The notes under the pieces were generated by a model. The model was not told the origin of the DNA, did no database searches, and saw nothing but the letters and a program-made list of their open reading frames with translations. DNA of 64,000 nt from Phycisphaerae bacterium (GTDB taxonomy: Bacteria; Planctomycetota; Phycisphaerae; UBA1845; Fen-1342). This document shows positions 1-8,557 of the stretch, piece after piece. Numbering within the stretch: position 1 is the stretch's first letter; each line of letters starts with the position of its first letter. The stretch spans positions 1-64,000 of the forward strand of contig CAXXTC010000001.1 in assembly GCA_963666925.2 (NCBI GenBank). Direction: 5' to 3'. The translations under genes and the position numbers were made by a program.

Positions 1-229
1 TCATGCAGGGCAGGCCGGTCATGACGAGCATGCCGCAGGGCCCGGTATTGAGTTGCTCGGCGGTTCCGAAGCCGCGGGGATCGGGGTGGAGGTAGATGGC
101 GATGCCGAGGACGGCGGAACAGCCGGCCAGGAGCAGGGCGGCGAGCGGGCGCACGGGCGGGCCCTTTAAGACGGGGCGGGCCGGCAGGAGCGGGTCAGTT
201 GATGAACTGTCGTCGGTATCGGGGTTCAC
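1..229 (-). CDS. DUF2752-like membrane protein, runs off window edge
   Basis: Manual minus-strand translation from GTG at 229: ...LAALLLAGCSAVLGIAIYLHPDPRGFGTAEQLNTGPCGMLVMTGLPCM. The TM helix plus PC..TG.PC pattern is typical of DUF2752. Not in the ORF track because it is truncated. Confidence 0.7.
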   Translation of the reverse strand, partial: MNPDTDDSSSTDPLLPARPVLKGPPVRPLAALLLAGCSAVLGIAIYLHPDPRGFGTAEQLNTGPCGMLVMTGLPCM

Positions 230-360
230 GGTTGCTTGTTGCCGCGGGGCTTGCCAGAGGAGCACCGGGTGCGGGTCGCTGCGTTGTCAAACCTGAGTGA
301 TGATACTTGAGAACTCACTGCTCAAGAGCCGTGGTACGCGGGGTTGTGTCTCCAGGTATT

Positions 361-831
361 TTAACGGCGGGCACGGGCCGGGCGTCGGGCGGTGGCTGCG
401 GATTTCCGCTTGGGTTTGCGTTCCGTGAGGATCTGAGTCGCCTTCTTGATGTCGGTCACGTGGAAGACGCCGAGGGTTTTGCCGCCGCTGACTCCGGTGG
501 TGCAATAGGCGTAGTTGACTCCAATATGGCTGTCCGAGAGCCGCTCCACGACATCGGCGAGGGCGCCGGGTTTGTGGGGCAGGGTGGCAATGAGCACGCT
601 GGTTTCGGCGGTGCGCAGGTCGAGATCGGCGAGCGCGGCGCGGGTCTCGTCGGCGTTTTCGGCGACTAGGCGGAGAACGCCGTGCTCGGCGGCGTCCATC
701 ATGCTCATGGCGAGGAGGTTGATTCGCTCGTCAGCGAGCCGCTGGCAGAGATGGGCCAGAACCTTGGGCTTGTTGGCGAGGAAGACGGAGAATTGCGTGT
801 CTGTTTTGACAGCGCCGTTGTCGGCTTTCAT
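361..831 (-). CDS. Tandem ACT-domain protein
   Basis: FSVFLANKPKVLA and LPHKPGALADV ACT motifs; AAGGAG RBS before the ATG at 831; basic C-terminal tail. Confidence 0.85.
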   Translation of the reverse strand: MKADNGAVKTDTQFSVFLANKPKVLAHLCQRLADERINLLAMSMMDAAEHGVLRLVAENADETRAALADLDLRTAETSVLIATLPHKPGALADVVERLSDSHIGVNYAYCTTGVSGGKTLGVFHVTDIKKATQILTERKPKRKSAATARRPARARR

Positions 832-1028
832 GAAGTATGCTCCTTTGCTGTATCGCCCGCGACTCTGATAGTCGCGAGCTGCTCGCGACCGCTCCGTGAG
901 TGGTGGAAAACGGGGTGCTGGCGGCGAGCCAGGGCCACGTTTATCATCAGCCCGGCTGAATCGCAATACGCCGCGCTCCTCTGGGGGTGCGCGAGCGTGG
1001 GGCCCGGGTCGAGAAATTACCAGGTATC

Positions 1029-3258
1029 ATGGTTACCAAGGACGGTTCACGAGAGAGCAGCGCCTGGCAACAAGCCATCCTGTCGTACATAGCGGCCCAT
1101 CCGGACCATCCCCTCAAGGCGCGTGCACTTGCCCGTGAATTGGAAATCACCGGGTCGGATTATACCCGATTTCGCGAGGTTGTTCGCAGCCTGCTGGACA
1201 GTGGCAAGCTGGTGTTGGGGGCGGGGCGGGCGTTGCGTTTGCCGGCGCAGTCGGGAATGGTCACGGGTGTGTTTCGGGCGAATCCGCGGGGGTTTGGGTT
1301 TGTGCAGCGTGGTGCGGGTCCGGACCTGTACGTGCCGCGGACGCGGACGCAGGGGGCACGTGAGGGGGATCAGGTGGTGGTGCGGGTGCTCAAGGCGCGC
1401 GGGCGGATGCCCGGCCCGCGGGCGGAGGTGGTGAAGATCCTCCAACGGGCGGCGCGGCGCTGGGTAGGGGTGTTGGAGCGCTATCACGGGGATTGGGTGG
1501 TGCGTCCGCAGGGGCGTGAGCCGCTACCGCCGATCCGCGTGTCGAATCCAGGGGCGGACGGAGCTCAGGCGGGCGACTTGGTGGTGATTGAGCCAGAGGG
1601 TCCGGAGGACGCCGGCGGGCAACCCGTTGGCGAGATCACAGCGCGTCTGGGAGATCCGCGTCTGGCGGGGCCGCAGATTGAGGGCGCGGTTCGGCAGTTT
1701 GCGTTGCGGGATGAGTTTTCTGTGGGCGTGAAGCGGTCGGTGACGCGGGTAGTGGAATCGTATGGGCCGGAGGCGTGGCAGGACCGGCTGGATCTGCGCG
1801 AGTTGCTGACGGTGACGATCGATCCGCCGGACGCACGCGACTATGACGACGCGATATCGGTTGAGCCGCTGGCTGATGGGCGCCTGCGGCTGGGTGTGCA
1901 CATCGCGGACGTGAGTCATTTCGTGCGGGCGGGATGGGCCGATTGATCGCGAGGCGCAGCAGAGAGGTCTGAGCGTGTATTTCCCCGGGCGGGTGGTGCC
2001 GATGCTGCCGGCGGAGTTGTCAAACGATCTGTGCTCGCTGAGGCCGGGCGAGCCGCGGCTGACGAAGACGGTGTTCATCACCTACGATCGGCGGGGGCAG
2101 GTAGTGGAGACGGAGTTGGCGCGGAGCGTCATCCGCTCGCGGGCCCGGCTGACGTATGAGGAGGTGAGCGCGGCGCTCGATGGGGCGGCGACGGAGATCG
2201 AGCGCGAGGTGTTGAAGATATTGCGGCGGGCGGAGAAGCTGGCTCAACGGATTCAGACGCGGCGGGTGCACGCGGGGATGATCACGCTGTCGTTGCCGGA
2301 GGTGGAGATCGAGCTTGCCGAAGATGGCCATGTATTGAACGCCCGGCCGGCCGACACGAGCTTCTCGCACACGATCATCGAGATGTTTATGGTTGAGGCG
2401 AATGAGCAGGTGTCGAAGGCGCTGCTGGAAGCTGGGATGCCGCATCTGCGGCGGATTCACCCGGCCCCGGATCCGGGCGAGGCGGGTAACCTGCTGCCGC
2501 TGGTGCCGACGCTAGGACGCGATCTGCCGACCAGCTTGAAGCGTGAAGACATCATGAAGCTATTGGAGCGTGTGCGCGGGCAGCCGGAAGAGACCGCTGC
2601 GAACTACATACTCCTGAGAAGCATGCCGCAAGCGTCGTATGGTCCGGAGCGGGCGGGGCACTTCGCACTGGCAAGCGAGGATTACTGTCATTTCACGTCG
2701 CCGATTCGGCGTTACCCGGATCTAACGGTGCATCGGGCGCTGGATGTGCTTTTACGGGGTCGGCGGCGACGGGGTGGCCGGCGGGCGGAAACGGAGCTGC
2801 CCGGTGATGCGGCGTTGGCCGACCTGGGGCGGGCGGCGAGTGCGGCCGAGCGGCGAGCGCTACAGGCCGAGCGGCAGGTGCAGAATGCGTTGCTTACGAT
2901 CCTGATGAGCGAGAAACTCGGGCAGGTGTTCGATGGTGTTATCACGAGCGTGATGGCGTTCGGCGTGTTCGTGCAGTTGCGGCCCGTGTTGGCGGAGGGA
3001 CTGATCCGCGTGGGGGACTTCGGTGCGGACGAGTGGGATTATGATCGGGGGAGTGCGACGTTTCTCGGTCGGGGGACGCAGCGGCTGGTGGCGGTGGGGC
3101 AGCAGGTGCGTGTGCTGGTGGCTGATGTCGACCTGGTGCGGTTGGAGACGACGTTGCTGCCCGCGGATGGCGGGCCGATCGGTGTGGTGCAGCGGCCGAC
3201 GGCCGTCATGCGGCAGCGGCGGGAACGCCGATTTGCGGGGCGCGGTCGCCGGAGGTGA
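1029..3258 (+). pseudogene. rnr: Ribonuclease R split by a +1 frameshift near 1927-1938 (true lesion or sequencing indel)
   Basis: ORF 987-1946 has HTH, cold-shock (NPRGFGFV) and IDPPDARDYDDA/VHIADVSHFV motifs. The next frame continues PIDREAQQRGLSVYFPG...HFTSPIRRYPD plus an S1 domain. Removing one G joins the two. Confidence 0.85.
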
Positions 3259-3333
3259 TGATCAGGGGTTCTTGGAGTGGATCGTTGGGGGACGCGTGGC
3301 GTGTTGGTCGGGATCACGCACGGTGATTGGCGC

Positions 3334-3377
3334 AAAAAAAGAGGGCACCAGGTGCCCTAGGGCGTCCCGGTGCTCTC
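3334..3377 (-). terminator. Intrinsic terminator
   Basis: Minus-strand stem GAGAGCACCGGG...CCTGGTGCCCTC followed by T7 (A7 at 3334-3340). Confidence 0.8.
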
Positions 3378-3507
3378 CGGAGGGGAAAGAAGCCTGGTAC
3401 ATCAGGGCCCCGTCAGATGGGGCCGTTATGATCCTCCAGGTATTTCCTTAATCTGGCCATCACCAAGTTTTCTCGGGATGGCGCAGCCCGGTTCCTGGTT
3501 CGCTTGC
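3334..3507 (-). ncRNA. Candidate structured sRNA (~175 nt)
   Basis: sigma28-like promoter at 3513-3540, several hairpins, CCCCUCC at 3379-3385 and a terminator; no credible ORF. Confidence 0.4.
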
Positions 3508-3512
3508 TACTT

Positions 3513-3540
3513 TCATCGGATCAGCGGGGAAAATACATTA
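3513..3540 (-). promoter_or_regulatory. sigma28 (FliA)-like promoter
   Basis: TAAT-N16-TCCGATGA versus the consensus TAAA/TCAA-N15/16-GCCGATAA. Confidence 0.4.
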
Positions 3541-3692
3541 GCGAAAATCCGGGGTCGTCATCCGCGTTCATACCCGCCACCATGGCGCAAGTAGCTGTGT
3601 GCCAAGGTGTTATTGGTACGCGGTGGTCGTGACGGTAGTTCGTCGAAGTATGAAAAATGTTTCATAATCCGAATAGGGAGCGGTTGTGAGGT

Positions 3693-5063
3693 TCATTTGC
3701 CGACGCAGAATCTGGCGAAAATCTGGTCGAGCAGCAACTCGTCCAGATCGGCGTGGTGGTCGGGAGCCAGCACGGACAGAGCTTCGCGTAGCTCGAGGGC
3801 GAGCAGCTCGGGTAGTTCGATCCTGGTGGCGGATTGGGGCAGGAGCTCGGCCGCGCAGGCGAGGGCCGCGCGGGCCGCCGACCAGTCGAGCTGATAGCCC
3901 AGTGGATCCCTGGCGGTTGGTGTGAGGTCGGCGATGTGCTGCTGGATGAGTCGGCGCAGGTCGTTCAGGCCGGCGCCGGTGGCGGCCGAGATGTGTACGA
4001 GGGGAACGCCCGAGATAGGGACGGGTGGAGCGACAGCGGGGTGCAGGTCGACCTTGTTGTAGACCAGGATCAGACGGTCGGGCGCGACGTTTCGGCAAGC
4101 CTGCACTTCGTTCTCGTACCAGGGTTCGTCGATGGGGTGGACCCAGAGGATGAGGTCGGCCTGGTCGGCAGCGCGTTCGGAGGCGCAATGAGTGGCGAGT
4201 TCGAGCGCGTCGCGCTGCGCACCCAGGCCGGGACAGTCCTGGAGAACGGCCGGTTGGCCCGCGAGGTTCAGCTCGGCCGAGATGACGTCGCGCGTCGTTC
4301 CGACGACGGGCGAGACCAGCACTCGGCGGGTGTCGACCAGCGCGTTGAAAAGCGTACTCTTGCCGGCGTTGGGGATGCCGACCAGGGCCACGTGTGAGCA
4401 CGCCAGGGATGGTAGCGTGGTGTCGGCGTCGGCAAGGCGGGCGAGGGCTTGCGCGAAGTCGTGCAGGGCTTGGCGTGCTTCGGCGACTTCGACGAAGCGG
4501 ACATCTTCTTCCTCGACGAAATCTATACCGGCTTCGATGCGGGCCAGGAGTGTTTCAATGTTGGTGCGCAGATCGGCGAGTTCTCGGGCGGCGTGGCCAC
4601 GGGTCTGGCGGGCGGCGTGACGGAGTTGGTCGGCGCGGCTGCTCTCCATGAGTTGGAGGATGCCGGCCGCTTGCTGTGCCGTCAGCTTGCCGTTGCGCAG
4701 CGCGCGGGCGGTGAATTCTCCGGGCAGAGCGCGGCGGGCGCCGGCGACGATGCAGCGATCACACACCAGGCGGAGCAGTGGCAGGCAGCCGGACAGGTGC
4801 AACTCGACGACGTTCTGGCCGGTATAGCTGCGTGGTGCGTGAAACCAGCAAACCTGAGCGGGGAGAGTGGTGTGGGCGTCGATGCTGAGTCGGGCGGCCG
4901 TGCAGTGGGGCCGTGTGTTTCCGGTGGCAGCAGGAGCGACGTCGAGGAGTTTATTAACGATGGTGAAGCTGTTGGCACCGCTGAGACGGACAACGCCGAC
5001 GGAGGCGGGCTGCCAGCCGGTAGCGACTGCAATGATGGTGTCGGTGAGCGCAGGGAATCGCAT
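3693..5063 (-). CDS. mnmE: tRNA modification GTPase MnmE
   Basis: DTIIAVAT, PRSYTGQNVVE, PGEFTARA, G1 GIPNAGKS, GTTRD, NKVD and C-terminal FCVGK. Confidence 0.95.
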   Translation of the reverse strand: MRFPALTDTIIAVATGWQPASVGVVRLSGANSFTIVNKLLDVAPAATGNTRPHCTAARLSIDAHTTLPAQVCWFHAPRSYTGQNVVELHLSGCLPLLRLVCDRCIVAGARRALPGEFTARALRNGKLTAQQAAGILQLMESSRADQLRHAARQTRGHAARELADLRTNIETLLARIEAGIDFVEEEDVRFVEVAEARQALHDFAQALARLADADTTLPSLACSHVALVGIPNAGKSTLFNALVDTRRVLVSPVVGTTRDVISAELNLAGQPAVLQDCPGLGAQRDALELATHCASERAADQADLILWVHPIDEPWYENEVQACRNVAPDRLILVYNKVDLHPAVAPPVPISGVPLVHISAATGAGLNDLRRLIQQHIADLTPTARDPLGYQLDWSAARAALACAAELLPQSATRIELPELLALELREALSVLAPDHHADLDELLLDQIFARFCVGK

Positions 5064-5141
5064 GGAGCGTTACTCCGAAGCCGGCATAAGACGTTGGCCA
5101 TTCTACTTCCTGGCCCCAGGGGTGCATGGCGGGTAGGCGCA

Positions 5142-5179
5142 AAATGACGGGCAGGCTGGGGTAATTGCCAGCCTGCCCG
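5142..5179 (-). terminator. Probable terminator after the protease pair
   Basis: CGGGCAGGCTGG...CCAGCCTGCCCG stem followed by TCATTTT on the minus strand. Confidence 0.6.
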
Positions 5180-5261
5180 GGAGGTGTGTTCGCTTTTCAG
5201 GGGAAGTGCCGGGGCAAGGTCGCGTTTGATCGATCTTGCCCAAGCACGTCAGGAATCACGA

Positions 5262-8200
5262 TCAGGGTTTGGGGACGCAGTCGCCGCTCACCAGCGCATC
5301 GACGAACGGATCGATGTCGTTGAAGTTCACGTTGCCGTCCCAATTGGTGTCGTTGTGTAGGAAATCACACGGCGGCGTGCCGGCAAACATGGCTTCCCAG
5401 TTCGCCTCCGCAACCAGGGCGGCTACGAAGTAGTCAATGTCGTTGAAGTTGATGATGCCATCACAATTGGCATCACCGTGACACTCGCACTCGTCGCCCA
5501 GGCCGTTGCCGTTGTCATCCGTGCAAACCGTCTCATCGCCCAGGTAGGTACCGCCGGCCGAGGCACAATCGTCCGCGGTTAACACCTCACAGGTGTAGTC
5601 GGCGTGACAGCAAGCGCCAGTCACCGGCTGCGGACACGGATTCGGGTCACAAACCGTATCGTCACCCTCATACGCGCCGCCGGCGCCGATGCAATCAGCC
5701 TCAGTCTGAATCAGGCACGACCCATCGGCATAGCAACACGCCCCTTCCGGCTGCGGACACGGATTCGGATCGCAAACCGTATCGTCACCCTCATACGCAC
5801 CGCCGGCACCGATGCAATCAGCCTCAGTCTGAATCAGGCACGACCCATCGGCATAGCAACACGCGCCTTCCGGCTGCGGACACGGATTCGGATCACAGAC
5901 GGTGTCATCACCCTCATACGCGCCGCCGGCACCGATGCAATCAGCCTCAGTCTGAATCAGGCACGACCCGTCGGCATAGCAACACGCCCCTTCCGGCTGC
6001 GGACACGGATTCGGATCACAAACGGTATCGTCACCCTCATATGCACCGCCGGCACCGATGCAATCGCCCTCGGTCTGAATCAGGCACGCCCCGTCGGCAT
6101 AGCAACACGCCCCTTCCGGCTGCGGACACGGATTCGGATCGCAAACCGTATCGTCACCCTCATACGCACCGCCGGCACCGATGCAATCAGCCTCAGTCTG
6201 AATCAGGCACGATCCGTCCGCATAGCAGCAAGCGCCTTCCGGCTGCGGGCACGGATTCGGGTCACAGACGGTGTCGTCACCCTCATACGCACCGCCGGCA
6301 CCGATGCAATCGCCCTCAGTCTGAATCAGGCACGACCCATCGGCATAGCAACACGCCCCTTCCGGCTGCGGACAGGGATTCGGATCACAGACCGTATCGT
6401 CACCCTCATACGCACCGCCGGCACCAATGCAATCAGCCTCGGTCTGAATCAGGCACGACCCATCGGCATAGCAGCAAGCCCCTTCCGGCTGCGGGCAGGG
6501 GTTCGGGTCACAGACGGTGTCATCACCCTCATACGCGCCGCCAGCACCAGTGCAGTCATCCTCGGTCTGAACCAGGCAGGAGCCGTCGGCGTAGCAGCAG
6601 GCCCCTTCCGGCTGCGGACAGGGATTGGGTGAGCAGTCCGTGCCGTAGCCCTGCCAGGTGCCGCTGTTGGCGTTACAACTGACTTCGGTCAGCATGTAAC
6701 AAGTTCCGCTGGCGAAGCAGCAGGCGGCTGACGGTTGCGGGCAGGGGTTCGGATCGCATTCGGTCCCTTCGCCTTGGTAGGTCCCGCCGGCGCTGCCGCA
6801 GTCCTCATCGGTTTCGAGGAGGCAGGAGCCGTCAGCGAAGCAGCAGGCACCCGGGGGCTGCGGGCAGGGGTTGGGGTCGCAATCGGTGCCGTCGCCCATG
6901 TAGGTCCCGGCACTTACTAAGCACATAGCCTGAGTTCGCACCTCACACGAGCCATCACTGAGGCAGCAGGCGCCGGTAGGGGTGACGATGTTGATGCTGT
7001 AGTCCTCGACCTCACCATAGCTGGTAGTGCCGCAGGGGTCGATGTCGTCGTAGCTGCCGTCCAGGATGCGCACGCGCATGCGAGTGGTGCCCATGGTGGC
7101 GCCGGCGGGCGGAGTGATGGTAGTGGTGTAGGTTGGCCCGGAGCCGGACCAGGCGGTGGTGATGGTTTCGTCGGCGTCGTTGAAGTCGTAGTCCTGATTC
7201 CAGTCGATCCAGAGCCCACCGATGTCTGTGGACCAGTCGGAGTCGATGGTCACGATGATGGTGTAGTCATTGCCGATGCTCATATCGGTGGAGAGGCTGG
7301 TGTAGTCAGCGTAGCCACTCGATCCGGAGGAGTTGTCGATCGATCCGACGTTGACGTTGGTTATATGTTCGTAGTTGGTCGAGCTGGAGCTGGCCAGGCA
7401 ATAGGTGTCTCCGCTTCCGCAGAGTGATTCGCGGGCCGCGACGAATGCGGCGAGGTCGATACGAGTGGCAACGTTGGTGCAACTGAAGTCGCAGTGAGTA
7501 ATGATGCCGATGATCTCGTCGCTGCGTATCATGCTGGAGCCGGAATTGCCATAGGTGATGTCGGCATTGTGTGTGTAGTAAGTGGAATACACGCCGTTGA
7601 TGGATCCACTACTGTATTGCTGGACCTGGCTGTAGGTGGGGTCGGTGTTGTCGACGCCATAGCCCCAAACGGCGATGGCCTGGCCATTCGTCCCGGCCGT
7701 GCTGGCGATGGGCCGAATTATGCCGTAACGTTCGTATATAGTCTGGCCGGAGCTGTTGGTTCCGGTGGTGCAGACGCCCCAGTCGGCGCCAACGCCGCCG
7801 TTGTTGAAGAGATGTGCGGTGATGGGGAACTGGTCGGCGACGGGGGGGTTGTTAGTGCTGCAATTGGACGAAGAGAGAGGAACGTTGAACTGGATGGTGT
7901 CATCGTAGTCGCCGTCGCAGCAGTGGCCAGCGGTGACTATGCAACTGTCCTCGTTGTAGATTGTGCCCGTGCAGCCGACGGGCAGGATGCGTCCGGACCA
8001 GTCCTCATAGGAGAGCACGCGATCGTCGCTGCCGCACATGCCGCAGTCGTCGTCAGCGCAGGGGCCGCGATGCTCGGGGTCAATCAGTTGTGTCGACACC
8101 TCTTCAAGCACGAAGCGGTTGTGGCTGGTTTGGGGGGCGGCGATGAGTTCGAGGTAGACAGTGTCGCCATTGAAGTAGGCGGAGCCGTAGTTCCACATGG

Positions 8201-8501
8201 TCAGGCCGGCAGCGTCAAGTTCCTGGACCTCATTATCTAGGGCTGAGGTCATGCGTATGAAGCTGCCCTTGGGGAGTTGGGCGGAGTTGAAGTGCAGGCG
8301 CAGCCAGGCGGCGTCCTTGACGGTGACGGTGGTCTCAAAGATGACGTCATAGGCGCGGTCGGCGTTGGTAAGCTGGCCGGTGTCGACCTTGTAGCTCACG
8401 TATTCGCCTATGGGCCATTGAAGCGTGTTCTGGGCCAGAGCGGGTGTCGCCGCCAGAGCCAGAAGCGTCAGGCACAACGAAGTGCATTTCCAAAGTTGCA
8501 T
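5262..8501 (-). CDS. Secreted trypsin-like serine protease with GEVED domain, 12 GACC Cys-rich repeats and C-terminal dockerin-like module
   Basis: Signal peptide; TAGHC (His), ADW (Asp), GNSGS (Ser); YGEVEDY; GDANCDGIINFNDID and NDTNWDGNVNFNDID loops; GAGGAGG RBS. Confidence 0.9.
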   Translation of the reverse strand: MQLWKCTSLCLTLLALAATPALAQNTLQWPIGEYVSYKVDTGQLTNADRAYDVIFETTVTVKDAAWLRLHFNSAQLPKGSFIRMTSALDNEVQELDAAGLTMWNYGSAYFNGDTVYLELIAAPQTSHNRFVLEEVSTQLIDPEHRGPCADDDCGMCGSDDRVLSYEDWSGRILPVGCTGTIYNEDSCIVTAGHCCDGDYDDTIQFNVPLSSSNCSTNNPPVADQFPITAHLFNNGGVGADWGVCTTGTNSSGQTIYERYGIIRPIASTAGTNGQAIAVWGYGVDNTDPTYSQVQQYSSGSINGVYSTYYTHNADITYGNSGSSMIRSDEIIGIITHCDFSCTNVATRIDLAAFVAARESLCGSGDTYCLASSSSTNYEHITNVNVGSIDNSSGSSGYADYTSLSTDMSIGNDYTIIVTIDSDWSTDIGGLWIDWNQDYDFNDADETITTAWSGSGPTYTTTITPPAGATMGTTRMRVRILDGSYDDIDPCGTTSYGEVEDYSINIVTPTGACCLSDGSCEVRTQAMCLVSAGTYMGDGTDCDPNPCPQPPGACCFADGSCLLETDEDCGSAGGTYQGEGTECDPNPCPQPSAACCFASGTCYMLTEVSCNANSGTWQGYGTDCSPNPCPQPEGACCYADGSCLVQTEDDCTGAGGAYEGDDTVCDPNPCPQPEGACCYADGSCLIQTEADCIGAGGAYEGDDTVCDPNPCPQPEGACCYADGSCLIQTEGDCIGAGGAYEGDDTVCDPNPCPQPEGACCYADGSCLIQTEADCIGAGGAYEGDDTVCDPNPCPQPEGACCYADGACLIQTEGDCIGAGGAYEGDDTVCDPNPCPQPEGACCYADGSCLIQTEADCIGAGGAYEGDDTVCDPNPCPQPEGACCYADGSCLIQTEADCIGAGGAYEGDDTVCDPNPCPQPEGACCYADGSCLIQTEADCIGAGGAYEGDDTVCDPNPCPQPVTGACCHADYTCEVLTADDCASAGGTYLGDETVCTDDNGNGLGDECECHGDANCDGIINFNDIDYFVAALVAEANWEAMFAGTPPCDFLHNDTNWDGNVNFNDIDPFVDALVSGDCVPKP
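5635..6618 (-). repeat. Eight near-identical 123-bp coding tandem repeats (41 aa, PQPEGACCYADGSCLIQTEADCIGAGGAYEGDDTVCDPNPC)
   Basis: GGCTGCGG recurs every 123 bp (5626, 5749, 5872...). Four more diverged copies flank the array. Confidence 0.95.
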
Positions 8502-8557
8502 GACTACCTCCTCTTGGGACTGAGTATGAGATGAAGACGCAGATTCCGGAGATCGTG

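Noticed and set aside
3395..3530. Hammerhead, SRP, 6S or TPP identity for the structured RNA
   Set aside because: The core motifs (CUGANGA/GAAA, SRP loop, CUGAGA) are absent or not correctly arranged.
3586..3612. Loose dif/Xer-like imperfect palindrome (similar one at 53197-53222)
   Set aside because: Too degenerate to call, and no recombinase is nearby.
5635..6618. Regular repeats resembling a CRISPR array
   Set aside because: Contiguous 123-bp in-frame coding units with no unique spacers and no cas genes.
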